DNA of 64,000 bases from the NCBI GenBank assembly GCA_001785355.1, contig MFTQ01000021.1:4033-68032 (forward strand), given 5' to 3'. The notes under the pieces are model-generated. The model was not told the DNA's origin. It saw only the letters and a list, made by a program, of their open reading frames with translations, and searched no databases. Of the stretch, positions 54,992-64,000 are shown in pieces. The translations under genes and the position numbers were made by a program. Source of the stretch: Candidatus Nomurabacteria bacterium RIFCSPHIGHO2_01_FULL_41_71. Its GTDB lineage: Bacteria > Patescibacteriota > Minisyncoccia > Phycocordibacterales > UBA9973. Position 1 is the stretch's first letter. Each line of letters opens with the position of its first letter.

Positions 54992-55717
54992 TTATTTATT
55001 TAGATAATGCTTCAGGGTATAAATCCAGTCTTCGTCTATGCCGTCGCCGTTTAGTTTTTGTTCCAGGAGCCACTCCAGGTAGCCGCGGTCTATCTTCATC
55101 ACTTCTTCGATCCTTTTGCCGTTGTGCTTTCCGAATTTGAAAGTGTGGAGAAGGGAAGGATGCGAGGAGATTTCCATCATTTTTTCTATAATCTCTTCCT
55201 CGTCGGCATTCTCGCCCAATTCTTTTTGCATTTTATTTTTGAGCCTTTCAAAAAGTTTTTCTAAAACCAACACGTCGCCGAGGGCATCGTGAGCGGTGGC
55301 TTCTATTTCTATTTCAAGCAAGTATCGCAAGTATTGCAAATTATATTTTTCTATTTTTTCTTCTTTATCCAAATATCTCGCAAGGCGTAGAGTGCAGATG
55401 AATTTTTTTGGCTCTATATTTTCTTTCTTGATCATCAAGAGGTCAAAAGGCGCATTATGAGCCACAACAACAGCTTTTTCATCCTCAAAAAGTTTCTTGA
55501 TTTTTTTCAAGTCGCCGCTTTGGGCAAAAGACGGTTTATCAGTCACTATTTTGTTGGTGATGTGATGCACGGCCGAAGCTTCGGGCGGAATTTTAATAGG
55601 GGGTTTGTAAAGTCCAATAAAATTCTCACTGTTTGTTTTATAGGCGATCTGGCAAAAGAAATCTTTGTCCGTATTGCCGGTGGTTTCGGTGTCGAAAAAT
55701 ATTAATTTATACGGCAT
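54992..55717 (-). CDS. DnaQ-like 3'-5' exonuclease (DEDDh)
   Basis: Exo I FFDTETTG, Exo II HNAPFDLLM, Exo III HDALGDV. Confidence 0.75.
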   Translation of the reverse strand: MPYKLIFFDTETTGNTDKDFFCQIAYKTNSENFIGLYKPPIKIPPEASAVHHITNKIVTDKPSFAQSGDLKKIKKLFEDEKAVVVAHNAPFDLLMIKKENIEPKKFICTLRLARYLDKEEKIEKYNLQYLRYLLEIEIEATAHDALGDVLVLEKLFERLKNKMQKELGENADEEEIIEKMMEISSHPSLLHTFKFGKHNGKRIEEVMKIDRGYLEWLLEQKLNGDGIDEDWIYTLKHYLNK

Positions 55718-55777
55718 AGTGCTATTTTAGCACATTTCTGTTATAATTCATCCAGAAATGATAATATTTCTTCTTAA

Positions 55778-56227
55778 ATGCTTCACGAACAAATAAAAAA
55801 TGGAATAAAAGAAGCGATGCTGGCTAAGGACGCGTTACGGCTCAAGGTTTATCGGGCTATGTCTGCGGCGTTTACCAATGAATTGGTAGCTAAAGGAAAA
55901 AAGCCACAGGATGTACTCACGGACGAAGAGGCGTTAGCGGTAGTGGGAAAGCTGGCAAAACAGAGAAAGGATTCGATCGGAGAATTCCGAAAGGGAGGCA
56001 GAGAGGATTTGGTGGTCGAAGAAGAAGCAGAGCTTGAAATACTTGAGACATATTTGCCCAAAATGATGGAGAGAAGTGAGGTGGAGAGTCTGGCTAGAAA
56101 GAAGAAAGAAGAACTTGACATTACGGATTCTTCAAAAAAGGGCATACTCATGTTCGCTCTTATGAAGGATTTGAAAGGCAGGGCGGACGGCGCTATGGTA
56201 AAGGAAGCGGTGGATTCACTTTTTTAA
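55778..56227 (+). CDS. GatB/YqeY-domain protein
   Basis: Family pattern ...LRLKVYRAMSAAF...ETYLP. Confidence 0.75.
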   Translation: MLHEQIKNGIKEAMLAKDALRLKVYRAMSAAFTNELVAKGKKPQDVLTDEEALAVVGKLAKQRKDSIGEFRKGGREDLVVEEEAELEILETYLPKMMERSEVESLARKKKEELDITDSSKKGILMFALMKDLKGRADGAMVKEAVDSLF

Positions 56228-56237
56228 AATATTTAAA

Positions 56238-57125
56238 ATGCAAAAAAAGAAATTAATCACGCACAATGGCTCTTTTCACACTGATGATGTTTTTGCCTGT
56301 GCGGCGTTTATGCTTCTTCTTGATCGCAAGGGAGATCAGTATGAAGTAGTGCGTACTCGAGAGGAGAAACTGATCGAAGAAGGGGATTATGTTTTTGATG
56401 TTGGAGGAATCTACGATGAAGCTAAAAACAGATTTGACCATCATCAGCGGGGCGGCGCTGGTAAAAGGGCAAATGGTATCGAATATGCTTCTTTTGGTTT
56501 GGTTTGGAAAAAATTCGGAAAGGAATTGTGTGAATCAAACAAAGCGGCGGATATTGTGGAGAAAAAGCTGGTATCTCCGGTGGATGCGCACGATAACGGG
56601 TTAGACCTTGTGGAAAACAAGCATGAAGTGTCTCCGTATCTTATCCAACATGCGTTCCTCGCCACGGAAGCTACCTGGAGAGAGGGCTTAATTAATGATG
56701 AAATGTTTCAAAAAAGCGTTTCCATCGCCAAGGAAATCCTCTCCAGGGAAATTATTCAGGCGAAAGACTTGCTTCTTGCCGAAGAAGCAGTCGTCGAAAA
56801 TTACAAAAGCAGTCCGGACAAAAGAGTGATTGTTTTGGATCGGAATTATCCCTATGATATTCTCGGCACTTTTCCGGAGCCGCTTTTCGTAATTTATTTC
56901 AAAGAAAGCAGTAACAATTGGCACATCAAAGCCGTAAGAGAGAATCCGAAAATATTCAAGAACAGAAAGAATTTTCCCTCGGCTTGGGCTGGACTTCGGG
57001 ATGAAGAATTGCAAGAAACTACAAAAGTAGCGGATGCGGTGTTTTGCCATCGGGGATTATTTTTGGCGGTAGCTAAGTCCAAGGAAGGGGCTGTAAAATT
57101 GGCGCAGATTACGGTAGAATTCTAA
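56238..57125 (+). CDS. MYG1/UPF0160-family metal-dependent hydrolase
   Basis: THNGSFHTDDVFACA N-terminal signature. Confidence 0.7.
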   Translation: MQKKKLITHNGSFHTDDVFACAAFMLLLDRKGDQYEVVRTREEKLIEEGDYVFDVGGIYDEAKNRFDHHQRGGAGKRANGIEYASFGLVWKKFGKELCESNKAADIVEKKLVSPVDAHDNGLDLVENKHEVSPYLIQHAFLATEATWREGLINDEMFQKSVSIAKEILSREIIQAKDLLLAEEAVVENYKSSPDKRVIVLDRNYPYDILGTFPEPLFVIYFKESSNNWHIKAVRENPKIFKNRKNFPSAWAGLRDEELQETTKVADAVFCHRGLFLAVAKSKEGAVKLAQITVEF

Positions 57126-57127
57126 AA

Positions 57128-58123
57128 ATGTCTTTTATTGATGAAATAACTTTTGAAGCTTCTGCCGGGCGAGGAGGTGACGGAGTGGTGCGTTGGCGTC
57201 AGGAGAAATTTATACCCAAGGGCGGACCTGCCGGAGGCGATGGTGGCCGGGGAGGAGATTTTTATGTGCAGGCGGTACGGGATGCGCATATTTTATCAAA
57301 ATATAAAGCTCAGAAAAATTTCTCTGCCGGACGGGGAGAAGATGGAGGTAGCGCAAGTCTTCATGGCAGGAAGGGGGAAGATTTTATACTTGATTTGCCG
57401 GTGGGATCTGTTGTCACCAATCTGGAGACGGATGAGATATGGCGATTCAAAAAAGAAGACGAGCGAATATTGCTCCTTCGCGGTGGTCACGGCGGATGGG
57501 GCAATGAGCATTTTAAGCGTTCCGACAATACCACGCCAAAAGAATGGCGTCCGGGAGGCGAGGGTGAGAAGGCGAATTTTCGAATCGAACTTGAGCTTTT
57601 TGCCGATGTCGGGTTGATTGGACTTCCCAATGCCGGCAAGTCGTCGCTTCTTAATGTCCTTACCAACGCGCGTTCCAAAGTGGGGGATTATCCTTTTACT
57701 ACCCTGGATCCTAATTTGGGAAATTTCTATGGATACATTATTGCCGATATTCCGGGACTGATCGAAGGCGCGTCTGAAGGCAAGGGTCTCGGTATTAAAT
57801 TTCTGCGTCACATCAAACGCACAAAGATACTCGCGCATTTAGTTTCTTTCGAGAATGCGAATATGCTAAAAACTTACAAAGAAATTCGAAGAGAATTGAA
57901 AAAATACGATAAAAAATTTAATTTGAACGAAGATGAATTGTCTTTTAAAAAAGAAATCGTTATCCTGACTAAAAGTGATGTGGCAGAAAATCCAAAAATT
58001 ATCGCCAAAAAGACGAAAGAATTTCAAAAAATAACAAAAAATGTTTTTGCAATTTCTCTTTTTGACGATAAAGCAATAAAGAAATTTAGAGATGAATTAA
58101 TAAAGATTTTAAAGAAAAGCTAA
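57128..58123 (+). CDS. obg: GTPase Obg
   Basis: Gly-rich Obg fold GGDGGRGGD, G1 GLPNAGKSS, G3 DIPG. Confidence 0.9.
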   Translation: MSFIDEITFEASAGRGGDGVVRWRQEKFIPKGGPAGGDGGRGGDFYVQAVRDAHILSKYKAQKNFSAGRGEDGGSASLHGRKGEDFILDLPVGSVVTNLETDEIWRFKKEDERILLLRGGHGGWGNEHFKRSDNTTPKEWRPGGEGEKANFRIELELFADVGLIGLPNAGKSSLLNVLTNARSKVGDYPFTTLDPNLGNFYGYIIADIPGLIEGASEGKGLGIKFLRHIKRTKILAHLVSFENANMLKTYKEIRRELKKYDKKFNLNEDELSFKKEIVILTKSDVAENPKIIAKKTKEFQKITKNVFAISLFDDKAIKKFRDELIKILKKS

Positions 58124-58179
58124 TCCCCTTGTTTACTATAATTACCATATGATAAAATCAGTAAACATTTAATAAAAAA

Positions 58180-58746
58180 ATGAAAGGCAAAATCTTATAT
58201 CAAATTTTGGATTTTATTGAAGATACCAGTCTAAGTATGATTGATATCAATATGGCGATTTTAAGCGCAGGATACGGCGCAAGTATGGGGGAAATAGACC
58301 GAAAATATGAATACTTGGCTCAAAGGAGAGATGCCTATAAAATGAATCGCGACAAAAAAAGACATTTGCAAATTTATCTTTCAAAATTAAAGAGCGAAGG
58401 ATTAATAACGGAAAATTCTTTAAACAAAATCACGCTTTCTTTAGAAGGAAAGAAAAAGCTGAATTTATTAAAAAAGAGAAAAATTTTGAATAAAAATTCT
58501 TACAAAAAGGAAAAAGGAGACCGGATGATTATAGTGAGTTATGATATTCCCGTGTTTTTTAATAAAGAAAGAGCGATTTTGAGAGATATATTACGACGTT
58601 TGGGTTTTAATATAGTCCACAAAAGTGTTTGGATAGGAAAGGTAAAATTGCCAAAAGAATTTATTTTAGCTGTAGGAGAGTTGGGTATTCATGAGTTTAT
58701 AGAAATATTGGAAGTGACAAAGAATGGCAGTTTGAAATCAATTTGA
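58180..58746 (+). CDS. PaaX-like regulator: N-terminal wHTH + C-terminal Cas2/VapD-like domain (tentative)
   Basis: C-terminal MIIVSYDIP...ERAILRDILRRLGFNIVHKSVW resembles the Cas2/PaaX_C pattern. No cas genes nearby. Confidence 0.35.
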   Translation: MKGKILYQILDFIEDTSLSMIDINMAILSAGYGASMGEIDRKYEYLAQRRDAYKMNRDKKRHLQIYLSKLKSEGLITENSLNKITLSLEGKKKLNLLKKRKILNKNSYKKEKGDRMIIVSYDIPVFFNKERAILRDILRRLGFNIVHKSVWIGKVKLPKEFILAVGELGIHEFIEILEVTKNGSLKSI

Positions 58747-58857
58747 ATTGTTTACCATAATTATCATATGGTAAAGATGGTAAACAATAGACAAATTGAA
58801 TATTTTTTTGTTAGAATATACTCGAAAACATTTATATCAGATTTTGAAAAGCAATAT

Positions 58858-60282
58858 ATGAATAAATATTTTTATACCATAGGACTTGAAATACATGCAC
58901 AGCTTTCGACGAATACGAAGATGTTTTGTTCGTGCAAGAATGACCCTAACGCAGAGAAACCAAATGTCAATATTTGTCCGATATGCATGGCTCATCCGGG
59001 GGCCCTGCCGGTACTTAACAAAAAAGCTATTGAAAATGTGATCAAAGTAGGTCTTGCCGTAGGCGGCAATATTGCGGATTTTACTGAATTTGACCGCAAG
59101 AATTACTTTTATCCGGATGTTCCTAAAGGCTATCAGATTTCTCAGTACAAGTATCCAATAGTGGCAGGCGGATATCTATCTGGTTTTGATATTACCAGAG
59201 TGCATCTCGAGGAAGATACCGCCAACAATAAGCATTTCGTCGATTATTCTTTGGTTGATTTTAATCGTTCGGGAGTTCCGCTTATGGAGCTTGTCACCGA
59301 GCCGTGCACTTTTCAAAGCGCCGAGAAAACTGCTGAGGGCGCTGTGCGCTTTGCCAAGGAGCTTCAGCTTATTCTCTGGTATCTTGGCGTATCGGAAGCG
59401 AATATGGAAAAAGGAGAGATGCGAGTGGAAGCGAATGTTTCAATTTCAAACGATTCCAAGAAATTTGGCACTAAAGTAGAAATAAAAAATTTAAATTCTT
59501 TTCGGAGCGCGGAACGGGCTATTTTTTACGAACTTATTCGTATGGAAGAACTCTTGGATGACGAAAAGGAGAGTAAAATAATTCAAGAAACTCGTGGCTG
59601 GGATGAAGCCAAACAGAAAACTTTTTCCCAAAGAAAAAAAGAGTCAAGTCAAGATTATAGATATTTTCCGGATCCGGATTTGCCGAAATTAAAATTACAT
59701 GAAGCGTTTGATTTAGAACAAATGAAAAAAGATTTGCCGGAACTGCCGAAGGTAAAGCGCGCGCGGTATGAAAAAGATTTTGGAATCAAAGATGAGGATA
59801 TCGAGATTTATATCAATGATCCTTTGCTTGGTGATTGGTTTGAAGGTATGGCAAAAATTTTAGGAAATAAAGAAAAAATTAAAATTGCTTCAAACTACAT
59901 TACCTCTGACTATATAGGTCTCAAGAAAGCCAACTTGAAAGTTAAGCTCCCAAGTGCTAAAAATTTTGCGGAATTGGTAAATCTAGTGGCAGAAAATAAA
60001 ATTTCTTCCCGCGCAACCAAAGATATTTTGGCGATGATTGTGGTGAATGACGAATCGCCACTTAAAATCGCCACAACGAAAGGATTGCTTCAAGAAAGCG
60101 ACACCGGAATTCTCAAGGTTGTCGCAGAGAGAATTATTAATGCCAATCCGAAAGCGGTAGCGGATTATAAAAGCGGCAAAGAAACCGCTCTTATGTCGCT
60201 TATCGGAGCTGTTATGAAAGAAACCAAGGGTAGCGCAAACCCTGCTGTCGCCAGGCAGATATTACTAGATTTATTAGGGTAA
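58858..60282 (+). CDS. gatB: Asp/Glu-tRNA(Asn/Gln) amidotransferase subunit B
   Basis: YFYTIGLEIHAQL N-terminus, C-terminal GatB/YqeY domain. Start moved to MNKYFY. Confidence 0.9.
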   Translation: MNKYFYTIGLEIHAQLSTNTKMFCSCKNDPNAEKPNVNICPICMAHPGALPVLNKKAIENVIKVGLAVGGNIADFTEFDRKNYFYPDVPKGYQISQYKYPIVAGGYLSGFDITRVHLEEDTANNKHFVDYSLVDFNRSGVPLMELVTEPCTFQSAEKTAEGAVRFAKELQLILWYLGVSEANMEKGEMRVEANVSISNDSKKFGTKVEIKNLNSFRSAERAIFYELIRMEELLDDEKESKIIQETRGWDEAKQKTFSQRKKESSQDYRYFPDPDLPKLKLHEAFDLEQMKKDLPELPKVKRARYEKDFGIKDEDIEIYINDPLLGDWFEGMAKILGNKEKIKIASNYITSDYIGLKKANLKVKLPSAKNFAELVNLVAENKISSRATKDILAMIVVNDESPLKIATTKGLLQESDTGILKVVAERIINANPKAVADYKSGKETALMSLIGAVMKETKGSANPAVARQILLDLLG

Positions 60283-60289
60283 AAAAATT

Positions 60290-61285
60290 ATGAATCAAGA
60301 AATTTTGATTAATACAGTTAAAAAATTAATAACGTCTCCGAAAGGAATTTTGGCAATAGATGAGAGTTTGGGTACATGCCGGGGTCGCTTTGAGAAGCTC
60401 AGCGTGCCATTTACGGAAGAAAAGCGTCGTGAATACCGAGAACTCCTTATCACAGCTCCAGGTATTGAACAATACATCAGTGGCTATATTCTTGTTGATG
60501 AAACCGCTTTTCAAAAAACCAAAGCAGTCGTGCCTTTTACCGATGTTTTAATAAAAAAAGGAATATGTGTCGGCATTACGGCATATACTGGATATGCGCC
60601 TTTTAATGGGACAGAAGAAAAAGTAACCGAAGGTCTAAATAATTTTTCGGATCGCATCAAAGAATACAAAAAACTTGGAGCAAGCTTTTCCAAATGGCGA
60701 GAGATGATAAGAATCGGGCAAAATATTCCGACTGAAAATTTTTTGAACGAGAACGCCAAGCGCATGGCCGAATATGCCCTAATCTGCCAGAGAGAAGAAA
60801 TTGTGCCATTTGTAGAACCGGAAATAATGATCGACGGCGATCATTCCATAGAAAAATGCTATGAAATAACCGCGCGTAACCTAGATGTTGTATTTTCTGA
60901 ATTAAAATCAGCCGGTGTGTATATACCGGGAATAATTTTGAAAACCAGCATGGTGCTTTCAGGTAAAAACGCGCAAAATCGGGCAGATTCAGGGAAAGTG
61001 GCGGAAATGACAATAAGGATTTTAAAGAAACATGTGCCAAAGGATATAGGCGGAATTGTGTTTTTATCCGGCGGGCAAACTGATGAAGAAGCGGTAAATA
61101 ATTTAAATGCCATGAATAAAATTCCTAACTTACCTTGGCGTTTAACTTTCTCTTATGGTCGCGCAATTCAAAATCCCGCGCTTCAAAGTTGGGCGAAAAA
61201 TCCAGAAGATGTCTCAGGCGCGCAAAAACTTCTTCTTGAGGCTGCACGAAATAACAGTCTTGCTTCCATAGGAGAATACAAATAA
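60290..61285 (+). CDS. Fructose-bisphosphate aldolase, class I
   Basis: GILAIDESLGT Schiff-base family N-terminus, LSGG. Confidence 0.75.
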   Translation: MNQEILINTVKKLITSPKGILAIDESLGTCRGRFEKLSVPFTEEKRREYRELLITAPGIEQYISGYILVDETAFQKTKAVVPFTDVLIKKGICVGITAYTGYAPFNGTEEKVTEGLNNFSDRIKEYKKLGASFSKWREMIRIGQNIPTENFLNENAKRMAEYALICQREEIVPFVEPEIMIDGDHSIEKCYEITARNLDVVFSELKSAGVYIPGIILKTSMVLSGKNAQNRADSGKVAEMTIRILKKHVPKDIGGIVFLSGGQTDEEAVNNLNAMNKIPNLPWRLTFSYGRAIQNPALQSWAKNPEDVSGAQKLLLEAARNNSLASIGEYK

Positions 61286-61332
61286 AACAGTGTTCCAATA
61301 TTCTATAGAATTATAGAATAGATAAAATTTTT

Positions 61333-63078
61333 ATGAAAGAAGAAATCAAAAAATTTTTTAAGGGAGATTTGGAAAGTGAGCGGGAGATACTTGAAAAGTA
61401 TTCACATGACGCGAGTCTTTTAATGGTACGGCCTAAATTGGTTTTATTTCCAAAAGATTCCGAAGATGTGAAAAACTTAGTTAAGTGGGTGGGAGACAAT
61501 TGTGTTAGGCAAGACCTAGCACAAAAGTATGGGAAACTTTCCATTACGCCGCGTTGTGCGGGTACGGACATGTCCGGCGGGGCTATCGGGGAATCTATAA
61601 TTTTAGATTTCACCAGATATATGAATCATCTGGTGAAGTTTATGGATGATATTCCACAGGCGTCCAGAAAGCAAAAGACGTCTCCCCAAAATTCTTCCGC
61701 TTTTGGAGAGAAGTCTTTTACGATTACTGTCCAGCCGGGAATGTTTTATCGGGATTTTGAGAAAATTACGTTAGAAAAAGGATTAATTTTGCCCTGTTAT
61801 ACGGCTTCCAAGAGTCTAAACGCCATGGGCGGGATGTATGGCAATAATTCTGCCGGCGAACGTACCCTTAAATATGGCAAAACGGAAGATTATATTTTAT
61901 CAGCCAAGATAGTTTTCGCGGACGGGATTGAGAGGGTTGTAAAGTCTTTTGCCCTAAATGAGATTTCAAAACAAGAAGAAATTTATAAAAAAACTTATGA
62001 ACTAATCAGACAGAATGAAGAAGAGATAAAAAGGGCAAGGCCGAACGTGCACAAAAATTCGGCCGGTTATAGCGTATGGAATGTCATCCGCCTAAAAAAT
62101 TCTTCTCTTGTTTTTGACTTAAATAAACTTTTAGTCGGCTCGCAGGGGACATTGGGGATTGTGACGGAGATCACCTTCAAATTAGTTTCCCAGACGAAGC
62201 ACTCCAAGCTGGTAGTTATATTTATGAATGATCTTGCTCCGCTTGGCGGTTTGGTGGATGAAATTTTAGCTCTTTCTCCGGAGACGCTGGAGGCCTATGA
62301 CGACAAGACTATGCGCCTGGCCGTGAAATTTTTCCCTGATTTTTTAAAAAATAAAGGATTTATCGGGATGCTTGAATTAATGCGGTCATTTCTTCCGGAA
62401 TTTGGAATGATGCTTGTTTCCGGATTTCCAAAATTAATATTACTTGCCGAATTTGCCGGTCAAAGTGAAAATGATGTGCAAAAAAAATGTCTAGAATTAA
62501 AAAATAAAATCAAGGGTTTCAAACTCAAAATTCATATCACCAAAGACGAAAACGAAGCGAATAAATATTGGAATATTCGGCGGGAGAGCTTTGCTCTTTT
62601 GCGCAAGCATGTGCGTGGCATGCGCACAGCTCCTTTTATAGACGATATAATCGTACGACCGGAATTCTTGCCGAAGTTTTTGCCGGAGCTAAATTCTATT
62701 TTAAAAAAGTATGATCTGATCTACACCTTGGCGGGACACGCCGGAGACGGAAATTTCCATATTATTCCCCTGATGGATTTCTCTCGACCGGATACGAGCA
62801 GGATAATTTTAGAACTTTCCGACAAGGTATATGATCTAGTGCTTCGCTATCACGGCTCGATTACCGCCGAACACAACGATGGCCTGATTCGCACTCCGTA
62901 TTTGAATAAAATGTATTCTCCCGCCATGCTTCAAATTTTCAAAAAAATAAAAGAAATCTTTGATCCGAAAAATATTTTTAACCCCGGCAAGAAAATTCCA
63001 ACTCAAAATCAAGGTGGTACTAAAGAATACATAACAAAGCATATTGCGGCAGAACACAAAATTACACACAGAGTTTAG
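61333..63078 (+). CDS. FAD-binding oxidoreductase (FAD_binding_4 / GlcD-D-lactate dehydrogenase-like)
   Basis: PCMH-type FAD-binding domain, C-terminal FAD-oxidase_C. Confidence 0.65.
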   Translation: MKEEIKKFFKGDLESEREILEKYSHDASLLMVRPKLVLFPKDSEDVKNLVKWVGDNCVRQDLAQKYGKLSITPRCAGTDMSGGAIGESIILDFTRYMNHLVKFMDDIPQASRKQKTSPQNSSAFGEKSFTITVQPGMFYRDFEKITLEKGLILPCYTASKSLNAMGGMYGNNSAGERTLKYGKTEDYILSAKIVFADGIERVVKSFALNEISKQEEIYKKTYELIRQNEEEIKRARPNVHKNSAGYSVWNVIRLKNSSLVFDLNKLLVGSQGTLGIVTEITFKLVSQTKHSKLVVIFMNDLAPLGGLVDEILALSPETLEAYDDKTMRLAVKFFPDFLKNKGFIGMLELMRSFLPEFGMMLVSGFPKLILLAEFAGQSENDVQKKCLELKNKIKGFKLKIHITKDENEANKYWNIRRESFALLRKHVRGMRTAPFIDDIIVRPEFLPKFLPELNSILKKYDLIYTLAGHAGDGNFHIIPLMDFSRPDTSRIILELSDKVYDLVLRYHGSITAEHNDGLIRTPYLNKMYSPAMLQIFKKIKEIFDPKNIFNPGKKIPTQNQGGTKEYITKHIAAEHKITHRV

Positions 63079-63090
63079 CGTAAAACAACA

Positions 63091-63119
63091 GACTGGCTCG
63101 GCAACTCGCCGGGCCAGTC
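63091..63119 (+). terminator. Possible stem-loop terminator after the oxidoreductase gene (weak T-tract)
   Basis: gactggctcgg-caactcg-ccgggccagtc; a second hairpin atgtctac...gtagacat + TTTTTT at 63151-63195. Confidence 0.3.
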
Positions 63120-63233
63120 CGTCTATATTTAACTTTACTATGTCTACCGAATTAAACATATGTCTTTTTCAGTAGACATACTTTTTTGCTCCTCTCAATT
63201 TGCTTTTTGAGTGTTTTTGTATATAATGTTTCT

Positions 63234-63911
63234 ATGTTTTCAATCAAGGCTAAAAAGCGGGATTTGAATATAAAACCAAATATTTTGAGAAAATCCGGCG
63301 AGATCCCCGGAGTCTTTTATGGAGCCGGTAAAGCAAATACCGCGATTTCCATCGGTAATGTTGAATTCAAGAAAATCTGGAAGGAGGCCGGAGAATCTTC
63401 CGCAGTGAAAATTTCTTCCGGTAAAGACGAGATAGACGCGTTGATTCACGAAGTGCAGGTGGATCCCGTTTCCGGCGAGCCGATGCATGTAGATTTTCTA
63501 GCTATAGATATGACCAAGAAGATTAAAGTGAAAGTGGGACTTGTCTTCGAAGGAATATCGGAAGCGGTGAAGAGTGGGATGGGGAATCTGGTAAAAGTGC
63601 TTCACGAAATAGAAATTGAAGCTTTACCAAAAGATCTTCCGCACAATTTATTCGTAAATATTTCAAAGCTTGCCACCTTGGCGGACAATATTGTCGTATC
63701 CGATATAAAATTACCCTTCGGAGTGGGGGCGGTGACTAATGGCGGGGATATAGTGGCTTCCATCGTAGAACAAAAAGAAGAAAAAGAAGAAGAACCGGTT
63801 CCTGTTGATTTGTCTGCTATTGAAGTAGAAAAGAAAGGCAAGAAAGAAGAAGACGAAACTGATGCAAAAGAGACTACTTCGGAGAAAGAAGAAAAAGCTG
63901 AAAATAAATAA
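63234..63911 (+). CDS. rplY: Ribosomal protein bL25 (Ctc form, acidic C-terminal tail)
   Basis: MFSIKAKKR...GEIPGVFYG L25 N-domain. Start moved to MFSIKAK. Confidence 0.8.
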   Translation: MFSIKAKKRDLNIKPNILRKSGEIPGVFYGAGKANTAISIGNVEFKKIWKEAGESSAVKISSGKDEIDALIHEVQVDPVSGEPMHVDFLAIDMTKKIKVKVGLVFEGISEAVKSGMGNLVKVLHEIEIEALPKDLPHNLFVNISKLATLADNIVVSDIKLPFGVGAVTNGGDIVASIVEQKEEKEEEPVPVDLSAIEVEKKGKKEEDETDAKETTSEKEEKAENK

Positions 63912-64000
63912 ATTGTGATACAATTACGGTGATGGTACAGAAAACCATACTTTTTGTTGTATCGTTTGGGGTGTTTTTATTTGCCATTGTTGCTTGGGCA

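Noticed and set aside
1-64000. CRISPR arrays, rRNA genes, group I/II introns, tmRNA or RNase P RNA
   Set aside because: Scanned by eye for direct-repeat/spacer periodicity, rRNA conserved blocks and tRNA-like ends with long inserts. None found. The PaaX-like gene at 58180 has a Cas2-like C-terminus but no repeats or other cas genes nearby.

Overview
Low-GC (~35-40%) bacterial chromosome segment. Its gene content, compact overlapping genes and AT-rich codon usage resemble a Patescibacteria/CPR-type genome; this is inference, not a database result. Core genes: 3' part of leuS, murJ, an ABC exporter, lepA, valS, tsaD, gdh, the ftsA-ftsZ pair, a dcw cluster (mraZ-rsmH-ftsL-ftsI-murF), lysS, greA, ybeY, rpsU, obg, gatB, class I aldolase and rplY. 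Seven tRNAs (Gly, Arg, Phe, Val, Glu x2, Ser). No rRNA or CRISPR array seen.

Accessory content is unusually dense.
1. tRNA-Gly to tRNA-Phe (10.7-17.4 kb) holds a large-serine-recombinase element built from two nested pairs of perfect long inverted repeats (94 bp and 324 bp). One pair brackets the recombinase; the other brackets a GtrA-like/nucleotidyltransferase/membrane-protein cassette. A deleted recombinase remnant plus a Fic protein follows at tRNA-Arg.
2. A second integrated element (28.6-37.6 kb) ends at tRNA-Glu. It carries an intact large serine recombinase, a TerS-like protein, a PIF1-like helicase, a membrane-anchored FtsK/HerA-superfamily ATPase and a DUF559 endonuclease.
3. Three IS200-like/RAYT-type tyrosine transposase paralogs each have a private REP hairpin family. 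Copies sit inside the transposase ORFs in-frame.
4. Palindromic elements are inserted in-frame in housekeeping genes (leuS, lepA, valS, trxB).
5. The LeuRS reading frame contains a canonical Nudix box where the editing domain would be expected.

Also present: a sugar-activation locus with three GH130 domains and several GC-rich structured non-coding candidates.
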